Below are positions 11,954 to 25,913 of a stretch of DNA of 64,000 nt, one piece after another (position 1 is the first letter of the stretch; every line of letters begins with the position of its first letter). The stretch spans positions 1 through 64,000 of the forward strand of contig CT868552.1 in NCBI GenBank assembly GCA_000165425.1, read 5' to 3'. Position numbers and translations under genes: made by a program. A model generated the notes under the pieces. The model did no database searches. It was not told the origin of the DNA and worked only from the letters and a program-made list of their open reading frames with translations. Source of the DNA: Paramecium tetraurelia. Taxonomy: Eukaryota.

Positions 11954-14900
11954 ATGCTACAAATCAATATAGAGGTTCAAACTGTATATTTTTACATTGA
12001 TTCTGACAACCCTCATTGTAACATCCAACTTAATGATTGTAATAATATTGAACTTAAACTAGCCATAACAACTGTCGTTTTGAATAATTAATTAAGATGT
12101 AAATGTTATGAACAATAAGACATCTATGAAAAAGTTGAAATACTTATCCCATACAACTAAAGAAACAAAAATAAAGTAACCTATTTTAATATCAAAAGCT
12201 CAAACTCATTTTCTATGACAATCTTATAAAATTTGGAGAAGCAATTTTTAATCTTGACTTCTACATCGAACATAACTTATCCTAAATTTCAGATAGATTA
12301 TCTATTTAATGTGATCAAAATGAAGAAGCACAATTAACATTCATATTCGAATGGTAACTCATAGAAAATTAACCTGAACAAAATATATAAATTTTAGATA
12401 ATTGTTAATCTACTAGTAGTCCTTAAAGCAAAGAAATTTCATAAAGAAATGCTTGTTACAGTCCAAAGAGATAAGAAAAATCAAAAAAAAGCAGTGATGA
12501 TAATAGAATTACTCACTAATCATATATCTAATGGAAAGATCATAAGGAATAATTGAAAGTTCAATAAGAGAAAAAGTTGAAGGAACCAAAACCATAATCT
12601 AAAGTAGTCATTACTGATGATTATGTTTGGTCAAATTAATTGAGAAAACCAGATCTGAATGTGAGAGTTGGATCGCCTCCCAAACGATTCGCTACTCCAA
12701 CTAAACAATTCAAAAAAATATATTGTTCTATCAATGAACAGCCAAAACAAACTGATCTAGATTTAAAGGATATCAATGATAAAATGATTGTTGTTAAAAA
12801 GTAAATATAATCAATGAATTAACAAAATAAAAAGAGTGATGATGAAAAACGAAAATACAAAACAAAATTAGGATCAAAGTAAAAGTATTTTTAATAAGAA
12901 GAAATTAAAACTTAATCTGACGACATAGTCAAATCATTTTCTGATAGAGGATGGAAGTAAAAAATTATGAGCTAAAATAATGAAAATTATGATTAATTTT
13001 AATTGAATACCTTTAATTAGGTTACAGAACAACAATACCCAGAGCATAATACTGATCCTTATTAAGAAATTCAGATATTAAAGCAAGGGTTGCATTAACA
13101 AGACCACAAATCTAGAAGTCCTCCGAAAACAAAAAATTAAAATTAATAAGTTAATCATTCACCAAAAAGTAAAACTTAACACTAAGATGACAATTTTAAG
13201 GGTACAAAATAAGTTGATAATGGTAATTTTGGAGGTGAAAAATATGAATAATTTTTAAGAGATTATTTAGATTTATAGGATAAATTATAAGGGTCTTAAA
13301 TAGAATTCTAGTTATTATCTTAAACATATTAATAATTAAAAGAGGAGTACACTTAGGTTGTGTACTAAAATTAAAAATATTATTAATAAATACAAAGTTT
13401 ATAATAATAATTTCAATAGAAGATAAATTCTATCGATTAATCTTCATAATAAGTATAATATATACAAGCATAACCTAATTAAAAGTTATAATAATAATAG
13501 TAGGGGTAATAATAATAGTAGTAGTTGTTGTTGTAATAATAACAATAATAATACCAATAATCATAGTAATAACAACAATAGTAGTAGTAATAATTATTAT
13601 AATAATAACAGTAATAATATTAATAATAACAACTGCAATAATAATAGTAGTAATAATAGTAATAATAATAGTAATAATATTTATTAAAATAGTAATAATA
13701 AAGTCAATAGTAAACTTAACAAAATTAATAATATTAAAATTAATAATCCTAAAATTAATAATATTTATAATAGTTATCCTAACAATAATAAAATATTGAT
13801 TTTCTAAAGAAAGAAAACGAATTAATTTAGAGAGAAAATACTATGTTGAAGTAGAACTACGAATTATTATAATAAAATCTATAAGTTTTACAACACGAGA
13901 AGGAAAAAAATGAATTTGAAATCTAAAATCATAAAAATAGCTTAAAAATATTAAATTAAGAATTAGAAAATTTGTAGAAGAAATTAGATTTAGTAAATAA
14001 TTAGTAGTAGAGTCATGTGACCCCAATATAAGCTAATACTGCAAAATTTGACCTTAGGACAGATATCCAATAAATTAATCAGTTAAAAACAAAACTAGAA
14101 AACTCTGAATTAATATCATAAGGTTTGAGGGAAGAATTAAATTCTTTAAAATAAAGCTATGTTTAATAGGAAAAAGAAAGTTAAAATCTTAAGAAATAAG
14201 TTGATAATCAAAGCCAAATGATTGAATCTTTAGAGGAGGAAATATAAAGATCAAAAGAGTAATTAGAATAGAAGAAGTAGGAGATAATTAGACTTGAAGC
14301 TTTTAGCAATAAGGAAAATACAAATGATGTTATAGATGGTTATAAATAGGTAGTAAGGAATAAATAACAAGAGCTAAACAACAAGGATGAAGAAATTAAA
14401 TAATTAAAATAAAGAAATAAGTAATTAGAGAGTGAGTATAAAGAAGAATAAGAAAATAATTAAATTATGGTTTAATAATTAAATTTACAATTAAAATAAG
14501 TATAATAGTAGATTGATAGATTATAACACGACAATCAAAATAATTAATAACTGTTGTTAAAAGAACCCAAAGGTTCAGAATAACAATTTTAGTAAATAAT
14601 TCTTTAATTATAAGATAAGACTAGGAGTAAAAGAATTTTGTTTAATATTGCCAAGAATTTAGTTTTAAGCCATCTATGATTAAAGGTGAAGACTTTGAAA
14701 ACTAGAATGATATTTTATAATAAGAAGTCAATCAATTGAGATAGGAAATTAATTAATTTAGTATATAATAGGCTTATAAATTTTAGTTTTACAAAAATAG
14801 AAGGATGATATAAAAATCAAGGGTTTATCGGAGGAGTTAGAAATATAGAAGGTATTTGCTTATTACTAATTTAGAATATCACTAGCTATCAGGAAAATGA

Positions 14901-15066
14901 GTAGTTAAAATTAAAAAATGAATTAACAGCTACAGAAGCTTAGTTATTAACATAAAAATAGAAGATTGCAGATATCCTTAATTCAATCATGATAAAGGGA
15001 GATGCAAAACTGATGGATGGACTTGAAAAATTGATTTAAAATAAAGGATTAGTCTCTTTGAAATGA
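11954..15066 (+). CDS. Coiled-coil protein with central polyglutamine tract and possible N-terminal C2-like domain
   Basis: ATG 11954 (MLQINIEVQTVYFYID). Long open frame in ciliate code with a few tiny introns, Q-rich at 13440-13790, heptad-rich C-terminus, TGA at 15064-15066. Confidence 0.8.
13480..13790 (+). repeat. Polyglutamine-coding low-complexity tract (TAA/TAG/CAA/CAG codons)
   Basis: In-frame runs such as taa taa taa tag tag ggg taa taa taa tag tag tag. Confidence 0.9.
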
Positions 15067-15430
15067 TAATATTTGATTTATATATATTCAAATATCAAAT
15101 TTTCTTGGAATTATTGATTCATTCCATCTTTCACAAAGTTTAATTTGAATTGTTAAATATTTTAGATATGAATATAAATTCAATCCAAAAAAACATAGAA
15201 TAGTAATTGAATTGTCTTATTTATAATGAGATATTACTTATTTCAATTTCCTTATTTAAGAATTTAATATTAATAGTGTGACTTAATAATAACCAATATA
15301 ATCATTAAGCAAATTAAATATGATAGAATTGTGAATAGAGGCAGAAATGAAACCCAAATTCTCTATTATATTTAATAATCGTACAAAATTGAAATATATA
15401 TTTTTTTATCTGCAAATTATTAATACATAT

Positions 15431-16933
15431 TCAAATTTAATCACCGTCAGCGTTTTATTTACAATTATCTTCAATTGATGTTGCACTTATGATTTTGTTA
15501 CCATCTATTAAATTTTCTTGTTTGACATCTTCTATTTTAATCAAGATGGCTGCAATCAAAGAACAAAACCCCAAAAACGATAAGAATAATTGAGAATAGT
15601 AATAACTTCCATAATAAGCTCTCAACACACCCACAACGATAGGAAATATACTAAATAATCCATTATAAATTCCAACTACAACTGCATAAGCTTTACCTAA
15701 GTAATCAGGCCTTACCAAATAAACAACTCCTGTCCATGGGGATGCATAAGCAATTGCATTAGCAGTTCCTAACGCAATTAAAGAAAGAAATGGATATATA
15801 TACCACAATGTGATATGAGAAACAAAACAAAGAATTCCTGCAATAATACACTTTGATAAATATCAAAATTATTACGTGAGATGCTCTTCCACCATATTTA
15901 TCAGCTATGAATCCAAAAATAGGAGTGAAAAATCCAGTTATCAACCACATAATGGCTACCATCTCTCCTGCTTTAAGCTCAGATTCTTCATCTTCTCCTA
16001 ACCATCTTTCAGTCAAAAAACCCACTGAAATATTGATGAATCCTAGAACAGATGAATAATTCAATCCAAAATAGATGGCGACTAACCAAAATAATTTTGG
16101 ATATGTTTTCATTTGTTCATAAGTACTTACTTCTGATTACTAAATATTTTATTCATTAATTTATGGTTGTTCTTCTTCTTAAGCTAATTGCATGTATTTG
16201 ACTTTCTCATAATCAATGTTTTTTAGCATCTAAGTCTCGGCACATTTATCAATACTTGTTGATACAATTGCACAAACAATACAAAATAAGTTAAATAAGC
16301 ATCCAATGGAAGTTGCAACTAATAATCCGTATTAAAGAGCAAGCAAAGGACAAAAGTACATTGTTGCAACTGAACCAAAGCCAGCAAACAAGGTGTTCAT
16401 TCCTATAGTTAATCCCTTTGTATGAAATCAATAACTTACTAGATAATCATCTTTGAAATAAGGTGATACAAATGATGTTTGTATTGGTTAAACGGATTCA
16501 ATTCCCCAGCCCAATATTATCCTTGCTAAATACATAACTATAAAGCTTTTAATCATAACTCCATATGCAAATAGTCCTTATCCAATAAAAACAAATGATA
16601 CTGTCTATAATAATATCATTCGATCTCCCATTGCATCTCTAAGTCCTTTTATTAATCTTGAATATTACTTCCTGTGATAAAAGGCAAAAATATGTTTGCA
16701 AAAGAATAAATACTATACAATCCACTAAAATATATTTCGAATTCTCCATCCGTCAATATATCACTAAAATGTTATTTTAATGTATTGTGTAAAGCTGCAG
16801 GCACATCAAAACAAAAGAAAGCCCCTGCTACTATCCAAATGCAAAATCCAAGTAGAATCCAACGGAATTTAAAATGACCTTTGTTTAAGAAATGATATGT
16901 TTTATCTTTTCCATCATCTTTTTTATTTTCCAT
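15431..16933 (-). CDS. MFS transporter, MFSD1-like
   Basis: ATG 16933. Motifs RWILLGFCIWIVAGAFFCFDVPAAL, LARIIFGWGIES-like segment, PIFGFIADKYGGRA and LGKAYAVVVGIYNGL; multiple hydrophobic helices; tiny introns. TGA at 15431-15433. Confidence 0.88.
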
Positions 16934-17302
16934 TTTTAAAGATAAATTTATAATGTATAATAATTCAAATTGATTTCTACAGATAAATAATGTTTCTAGG
17001 TCAAATCCAAATATTTCATTAAGCCATTTTAATATTTTTGGGTTGATATTTTAGTTTTTCATATTCTTTTAACATCTAACTATAAAAGTATTCATATCTA
17101 AGGCGTTCAACTTAATTCTATTTTCTAGGATTACAAAGCATTTACTAAGCTTCATTTTAACTCTCTATCAATTAATTTTGGTGGTTATTATCCATATTTT
17201 TGTTAATTTAAATCGTTGTATAGGACATGATCAATGCTTCATTTTCTTGATAAAATTGATCAAAATTATTAATTTCTTTTATAAATAAAATAAAATCTTA
17301 AA

Positions 17303-18700
17303 ATGAGTGATTTACTTAAATAAACTTTGAAAGGGTAACAAAAATAGAAACCACCAGTTCCAAAAAAATAGATGCAAAGTACATTAAAATATATATTGAA
17401 AGATGAAGAGGAAAATGAAGATGATGGAGATGATAAAGAGGAAGAATAAGATTAATTTGATGTAGATTTTAAGTACAGTTAATGATCAAGTAATTAATAG
17501 CAAGAATTCAATTCCAGTAAAATTATAAGGATCTAAACCATAACCAATAAAAGCAGATCATAATATTACTCATTGTATTATTATAAATATGATAAGCCCA
17601 TCATTAAAATCCTTAATAAGCAAAAATAACTAAAAAGATTCATGATTATACTCCTTAGAAATGGAATGAGTTTTATGATGAGATGATATTCCATCCAAAT
17701 GTAAGAAAGTAGAAATAAAATAGGGAACACCAATATACATAGCTGGAAAAAATAAAGCACCTATATTTTTTTGTTTACACGGAGCTGGACATTCTGCAAT
17801 GTCATTTGCAAATTTAGCAAACGAAGTGAAGCAGTATGCAACCTTGATTTCGTTTGATTTCAGAGGACGTAAACAAACTAACTAAAATAATAGATGGCCA
17901 ATCAAAAATTGAATTGGAAAATCCAAACCTAAGTGTTTAGTAGTTATTGGATGATGTAGTTGAAATATTCGATTATGTGACTACATAATGGCCAAAACAG
18001 ACAGTGATAATAGTTGGTCATTCTATGGGAGGTGCAATTGCAGCTAAGTCTGCGAATTTACTAATAACATCCTAAAAGGCAGATAAAGTTTAGGGTATAT
18101 TAGTTTAACATTCACACATTAGGTTTGATAGTGATAGATGTAGTGGAAGGAAGTGCAATCGAAGCATTACCATTTATGGAATAGATAGTAAATAACAGAC
18201 CTAAGCATTTTAAATCATATGAGTAAGCGATTTAATGGAGTTTGAACACCTCAACATTAATGACTCTATCATCAGCCAGAGTATCAATACCAGCATAATT
18301 AAAAGAAGTCAAAGATTAGAATGGAAATTTGATCAGTTTAGATTGGCAAGTTGATTTATTGAAGACAGCACCTTATTGGATGGGCTGGTTTGAAGGATTA
18401 ACAAATTCGTTCCTGCAAATCAGAATACCAAAAATTTTGATGTTGGCTGAGAAAGAGAGACTAGACAAGGATCTTACGGTGGCTTAGATGCAAGGAAAGT
18501 TTAGACTAATTGTGCTGTAGAATACTGGTCATAGTATTTAAGAAGATGATCCTAAAAGCACTGCTTATAATTTCCATGATTTTATATTAAAATTTAGAAT
18601 CCCAACTACTGTAGAAGAAGTTGAAAAGCTTAAACAAGTTGGAATCGGAAAGTTTCATCCCACCATTGGGAATTATGAATATTAATAGAAATATTATTGA
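17303..18700 (+). CDS. PPME1: Protein phosphatase methylesterase 1 (alpha/beta hydrolase)
   Basis: Motifs CLHGAGHSAMSFA, DFRGHGQS, nucleophile elbow VGHSMGGAIA, VIDVVEGSAIEAL, RLDKDLTVAQMQGKF and GHSIQEDDP. TGA at 18698-18700. Confidence 0.92.
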
Positions 18701-18768
18701 ATAAAATGTTCATTAGAAATACTTAATATAAAATATATATATAATTAATTTAACATTTTACGATTTTA

Positions 18769-21700
18769 TCACCCTCTCAAAGCATTCTAAATACATCTCC
18801 TTGTGTACAGTTTTAGAAATGACTATTACTTTTCAGAATCCTAATTATTTTCTATCCATGTTTTTTTTTCTGATTGAGTTAAAATGTTTTGTGGTCCCTC
18901 CTCCAAAACCTAGCTCAAAAGTTGATGATAATCAATGAATGAGATCTAGGATAAAGCTATTATGCAATCATCAATGTAATCTTCAACTTCTTCGTCACTT
19001 GGTCCCTTTCTTAGAGCTTCGAATAATTTCGATGTATATTAAGGGATAAATGGAGTAATAATTTATTAAAATTCTAATATTTGGATAAATTTATACTGTC
19101 TTTATATTCTTATGGAATTTAGACTTTGAATGCTTCATCTTAGGGTTTCAACATTAAGAAAGTCACTTCTAACCATGAGTAAAACACTTTCGCAGCACCT
19201 ACATGTTCCAATCCAATTGCCATCAAAGTCAACTATAAAATTGTTTACAATGCTGAACTTTGTAACAATAACACTGGTGTGTATCTACCATATCTTACAA
19301 GCATTCCAAATAAATCTTCCGTCAAGTCAGGATTCTCTTCGAAACTTGACAATTGAGGTAAATGTTGGAATGTAATATTGCATAGATTCTCAAAGGCCTC
19401 TGACAACAAATTACGATATTCAGGATATTTATAGAATACAGTTGCCGATACTTCAGCAACATAGATACAAGCTGTTATTGGAACTTATCTATAGACATTT
19501 AAGAAGCTCTAAAAAACTTAGGTGAGTAAATCAACAGAAAATTGGTTAAAAGCTTTTCTAAAAGTGTGTTTTGTATATCTCACTATTCTCTCTGCTACTC
19601 CATGTTCGAAGACTGCTATTCTCTCCATACCAAATTTTAACATTGGCCATAATTCTTAGTAAACATTAACTACTAAAACTCTGACTGCTAAATACTCATT
19701 TGATTCATTAGCAGGAATTTAGCTATTAATGTATGCTAAACTGGAAATGTTTTTACTGAATTGTTTAATCTTCTCCTCCAATGTATCCGATCCTACAGAT
19801 GTGACGAGTAATTCTTCAATTTACTTTTGTAATTAAACTAAATTTTAAGCAAAAATTGAACACAATTTCAAGTAATAATTTTACATGGTTTCTTAACTTG
19901 AACAAATTGCATTTGCTACTCCTTTAATTAAATTATCATAGTTAGAGCTAAATTTTAAGGAATAAAGATTACACTTATTGTAATTTAAAAATGAGATCTA
20001 AAAATTGATTCAAATGAAGCAAAACAAAATTTTGATTTTATTGGCAAATCAATTAAAATGCTTTGGTGGCCTTCTTTTAGACTGATGAAACTTTATGATG
20101 TATTCCTATTGTTATAAAATTAAACAATGATGGCAATAATTCATTTGAGGAAATCAATTAAGCACAACCTTGGGATATTGTTTTGAAAACTAATTTAGAA
20201 TTAATTAATATAATACCTGTTTTCATTATGAAATTATTGCTTGCCTATGGTTATTATTGATAGACATCTAAATATAATTTGATGATTTCCATTAAATATT
20301 AGACTCCAATCTAATCATTTTTCAATATAATTTATTTAATAATTCCGCTAATTAAATTCATACATGCTTCAAATGTAATCCAACCATTTTCATTCATTTG
20401 TGAAATGAATTCCTTTTTAAGTATTCCTCCTAAATGTTGAATAATTAAATTTGGTTATATGATAGTAACTAATTCTTCCATTATTTCTTTCATTTAGGAT
20501 CTAGTTTCCAGTTGTTACTCAAATTCATCTTTAATTTTAGGTGAAATCCCATATTCAGCCAAGAGTATTTTATTCACTTTGCTCTTTTAGACACATCCAT
20601 TGATGAGTTATTCGAAAGTCAATGAGAACTTATTTTACAATTACAAATCATTCATAATTCTAATGGTTTTGATCATTTTAATCCAAAAATCCATTAAGAT
20701 GTCACTTTCAGTAAATGAATTTTCATGGCAAAATATCCATAAGAGTGTTTGTAAAAATGGCTCCAATTGCGAATTCAGTATAATTTTGTGCATACACTTT
20801 TTTCCAACTTTGGAATACAGTTTAATTAGGTTGTGAATTTCATCACATGTTTCCTCATCCAATGCTTTTTTGCAAGCAGGGAAGGTTTTGTATACTTCAT
20901 CAAATAGTAATTGCAAAACTTAAGGTTCCAATTGAGGTTATTCACATATTGTTTTTGGAATGATACCAACAAATGTACATATGGCTTCAACGGCTTTACT
21001 TTACAATTCCTCATTACTTATGGATTCCAATGTACCTTTAAAGAGTGTGGTTTGACTACTTAATTGCATAAATTGAATTGCCTATTATAATGTTGTTTAG
21101 ATACTTCTTCTTCTGTGATATTCGATTTCATGAATTCCAACCATTTTTTGTAGGATCTCAATATATGGTATTTAAGGGAATCATCTGGAACTGCATTCCA
21201 TTGAGTTTGGAGGAATGTTAGAATATCCAACATTTATTTATTTTTAATGTCTTAAGCTATCAACTTCCTCTTCTCATCTTCTATTATAATCTTTTTATTT
21301 TCTGTCAGTTCTTCTGGGAGTGTCTCCAAAACATCGAATAAAAACTTCTAATGAGGACTATTGTTTTGAGAGTAATCAAGAATTTGCGCAATGACTCTAA
21401 GTATTAATAATATGATTACTCTAGTATTGATTTGGTTTGCTATGAGTAGGTGTACAAGTATAAATAGATGAACATAAGTACACATTATATTCTAGTTGAT
21501 TTTTAATTTTATACGCTGTAGTGAAGTATGATTTGAATGCAATTTTGATATATGTGTGGCACTTCTGAGGGGGTGAGTGAAACTAATGAATGATTAGATG
21601 AGAGTACTGAAGTCATACAGAATTTTGGATTACAAAATACGCAACAATTGAAACACCATTGATGGATCAGGATTTTATTGCAATATTTGAATGCAGATTC

Positions 21701-21815
21701 CCCAAGCCTCATTTGATTATGAGAAACTTCTAAGAAAACTATCAGCTTATTCAACTTAGCCTGAATTAAAAACTTGGATTGCCTGACACACTTTTTCAAT
21801 CGAAAATTCAGCCAT
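18769..21815 (-). CDS. Importin-beta family karyopherin, transportin-3/Mtr10-like
   Basis: The N-terminus ADSFLRSFSQSNEAWGICIQIL...LQSKILYDF resembles Importin-N. FLFDVLETLPEE is Xpo1-domain-like. The rest is a long helical-repeat ORF with TGA at 18769-18771. Confidence 0.75.
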
Positions 21816-21836
21816 GATTTAATAATTAATTAACTG

Positions 21837-23041
21837 ATGGAATATACTATTAAGGATATGAGTGGATTCCTCTTAAATAAGTAAACCTACTCCTATTCCC
21901 TAGATAATATAAGCTTCTCAAAAAACTAGGAGCAGGAGCATTTGGTGAAATCTATTCAGCCATAGCCAATGGATTAGATTATGCAATCAAAATTGAGCGA
22001 TCTGATACGAAACACCCCCAATTGCTATTTGAATCCAAGCTCTATCAATATCTAAATAATTCCCCTATAATTGGCATACCAAAATATTATGGATTTTACC
22101 AATAAGATGGTTACAATTTCTTAGTCATGGAACAGTTAGGCAAAAGTCTTGAAGACATTTTCACAGACAACAATCGCATCTTCTCGTTGCAATCCGTCAC
22201 TGTATTAGCACTCCAAATGTTAGAATGTATTGAATTCCTACATGGCAAATAATTCCTTCACAGAGACATTAAGCCAGACAATTTCTTATTGGGCAAAACA
22301 CATAAAGACAGAGTCTATATGGTCGATTATGGATTGGCTAAAAAGTACATTAATAAAGATGCTCACATTCAATACAAAGACAATAAGGCTTTGACTGGAA
22401 CTGCCAGATATGCTTCTATAAATACTCATTTAGGAATTGAGTAATCTAGGAGAGACGATTTAGAATCTCTTGGATATGTAATAATGTACTTCTTAAGAGG
22501 TGCATTACCATGGTAAAATTTAAGAGCTAACACTCAAAAGGATAAATATGACAGAATTATGGAAAAGAAATTGGCCACTTCAAGTGAAACTCTGTGTAAA
22601 AATCATCCCAAATAATTATTTCATTACATTGAATATACCAAGAATCTCAAATTCGACGAAAAACCAGATTACAGCTATCTGAAAAATTTATTCATGTCTA
22701 TAATGAAGGAAAATGAATTAAGAATAGAATACATCTATGATTGGGATGATGAAGACACTCATCGCGATAAAATACTTTTAAAGAATTAATCATCATAATA
22801 ATAAGATTAATAACAAAGCAATAATCTTATTAAGAATACTAATTATTCATAATATAATAACAATAGATAATCAGTTATGAAAACTAAAACTTCATCCATT
22901 CATTCGATAAACAAGGTTTCAGTACTTAAAATTTAATCAAATATTAATACTTAAAATAGTTAAAATAATACTAAAAAAAACCCAATCAATAATAAAGTTA
23001 AATCAATTATCAAAAAACATTCAAGTTTACATTATAACTGA
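21837..23041 (+). CDS. Casein kinase I
   Basis: Motifs [69 protein letters not shown] and LPWQNL. One 5' intron; TGA at 23039-23041. Confidence 0.96.
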
Positions 23042-23082
23042 TATATTATATTAATAACAAACAAATTATCATCATTTTAACT

Positions 23083-25415
23083 TCATTTTTATTTATGTTT
23101 CTTTGTAAATTCATCTAATTAATCTTCAAAAGTTATGTCAGACTTTGTAATGTCTCTTAGAATAGTCTCACCTTCCAAAGATTACTTTACCTCAATTTAA
23201 TATAATGGCATGAATAGACAATGGGTAAACAATTTTGTTATCTTCTATGTTGTCTATACCAAATCAGATTCTAAGATCTAAAGGATTTAATTAAGTCATC
23301 TCAGCAGATTAGATATTAATTATTTATTGATAGGTTTTAATTAAGAGTTTTAAGAAGTGAATTGTTCCAAAATACTATGACTTAGATATGCTCCATAATA
23401 TTTTATTTTTTCAAAAGTCTGAAGTCTGCATTTTCTGTATCAATCATATTCTGAAACAATTTTCAATTATTTAGTTTAAAGACTTTTAATATTATTATTT
23501 ATAACCAGTGTATATATTATATAATCCTATATCACCAATCCGATTTATCAATGGAATTATGACTAGATTAAGAGAAAGAGGAATCCTCACTTTCCTCTTC
23601 CATTTTTAATTCCTATAGATTTTCTAATTAATTTAGAGCTATTCATAATTTTAAGGATTACTTTATTATACATTATTAAAATTAACATCGTTTTCTATTT
23701 AAATTTAATTAAATCTTGGATCTTTAAAGTTTTTTTCAATCATTTCAAACAAAAATGGGCTACTGGCTTCAAAGAAATTTACTTAATATAAATTGCAAGT
23801 TTTCATCCATTTTTGTAACTCTTCTTTCATATCTAAAATAATTAAGACCCTTTGTTTAATATTTATAGTACCGATTTTTATTATCATGGAGCAAAACTTT
23901 TTCAATTAAATTATTAAAAAATCTATTTTTAAAATATTGCAGATTCATTGTTGATGTAATATTACTAGTTGGTTAATTCATATCAACCAAAATTAATCCA
24001 TTACAAAATTAAAAAGAATTTGTAGATTTGAATAATTTTTTTTTTGAAATTCCTTAATAAGTATCAAACCAAATGGCTCCTTCTCTCTATAAGGAAATAA
24101 AAATCTTTTAATCATATTTTGAATTTCCCCAAAATAGTATTTTATGTTTATCAATTTCTTTCAAAATATTTGGCTTTTAAGTCTCACAATATTCATGAAA
24201 TATTTTTACATCACTTAACTTTTTAAAAATCACTACAATACTATTTGGTATAACTTTGTATACTTTGATCAAAGTGTTATACAAACTTACCCATTTATCA
24301 TTTGATTATATATAAAAGGTTTAAAAATACTCGCTCTAATCAATTTTATGTTTAATTTAAATGTTATTTAGAAAATTATCCTAAGGGGAAAATTAAGATT
24401 GAGACGATATTATAATAGATTAAAATTTTAGTTTTTCTAGATGATCTAAAACATATTGTGAGTAATAATTAAGGTATAAATAAAGTGTAGTTTGTTTTTT
24501 ACTTGTATTCATTTATAATTAATAATTACCATCATAACCTTATTTGTTTTTATCCCATTCTTATACTATCTGGATAAATTTGAGCCAATCAATTAATGAA
24601 GTCAACTTCAAAGTATTTGACTCTTTCAAATAACTTGAGATTCTTAACAACTATTCTTAACAACTATTCGCATATTCGTTAAAAGATTTTTTATATTGTT
24701 TAAATTTATAACATTCCACCAATCTCTAAAGTATTTCTTATGATGTTTTTTCTTTTAAATAGTCAGAGAAACTTTCCATAACATTTCTTGATAGTTCGAC
24801 CCATTATGTATCCAAAATGGAAGTATCTTTAGATTTAAAATTATTAAACTAGTTTAATTCAACTAAGCTATTTTAGATTGTTTTTGTTGAAATTTTAGTA
24901 AGTCTTTTTTGGATTTAAAAACAAGGGTAATTATCAAAAATCAAGATTGAATTATTGAAACCTCCCTATCGACAGGAAAGCAAGTTCTCATAGGTTACAA
25001 AAATTAGGTTACAGTCTTATATTTCTGCTATGCCAGATTCATTCTTAAAGTAGTTAAATTTTGGTCGATATATAGTTTTTTGGAGATATCCTTCTGCCTA
25101 CTTCAATTAATTCTCTTCTGGGGAAGCATAAACAATTTTCAAGGTTTTAAATTGTTCTGAGTTCGATGAATTTTGTTTAAGACTCCCAAGCCATGCCAGA
25201 GATGAGCAGAGCAATGAAAGAACCCTTTCTTTCTGATTAGCATGTTCCAATCTATTATTAATTGAAATAATGTACAAAACTTTTTATTAATTTTAAAGTG
25301 TAGAAATGACCCCATGCATTAATTTTTCAGATGCCTTAACACAATTTTTTGGAGTCCATATTTCAACCTAGCATATTACACTTTTGTTCTGATCAAAATC
25401 GATATTTGGAATCAT
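23083..25415 (-). CDS. RTEL1/FANCJ (XPD-family) helicase homologue with degenerate ATPase motifs
   Basis: LEHANQKERVLSLLCSSLAWL, KIVYASPEENQLKQAEGYLQKTIYRPK, DCNLIFVTYENLL...SILIFDNYP and VIPNSIVVIF...GAIWFDTYQGIS match the order and flanks of RTEL1 motifs I, Ia, II and the C-terminal helicase domain. The 3' end is less certain. Confidence 0.72.
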
Positions 25416-25913
25416 AATTTTTATAAATGAAATTATGTTAATTGAATTCCATAATTCTATTATTTGTATCTCATAATTTCATAATAAATATATTTTAACC
25501 ATTTGAATATATATACATTTGCGGTATAAGCAAAGTTTCTTCTTATAATTCAAACTAAAATTAAGAATCACTATTTAGGCAAATGATATTGATAATCAAT
25601 GGAATAATAGTTTTTAAGTGGTTTTCTTATAAAAATAGTGCTTTGATAACAAAATATCTAGCATTCAAAATTTTGGAGATCATTTCAAACTCTTTTTTAA
25701 CTCAAAATTTAAATTAAAAGGTAGTTTTAGTTAAAATATTAATATATAATATCGTTTTATAATATATTTTGTTGAATATTGAAAACTTTTATTGAAGATA
25801 AAGTAAGCCATATGTAATGATATATTTGTTACTTCGTAAAAAGAGAAATTTATTAATTGATAATAATCTAATTTCTATTCTTATAATAAATATATTAATT
25901 TAAGTTTTCAAGT

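Noticed and set aside
24641..24669. 13-nt tandem duplication as a frameshift in the RTEL1-like gene
   Set aside because: The minus-strand frame stays open and plausible through and beyond it (ANSCQEQLLRISSYLKES).
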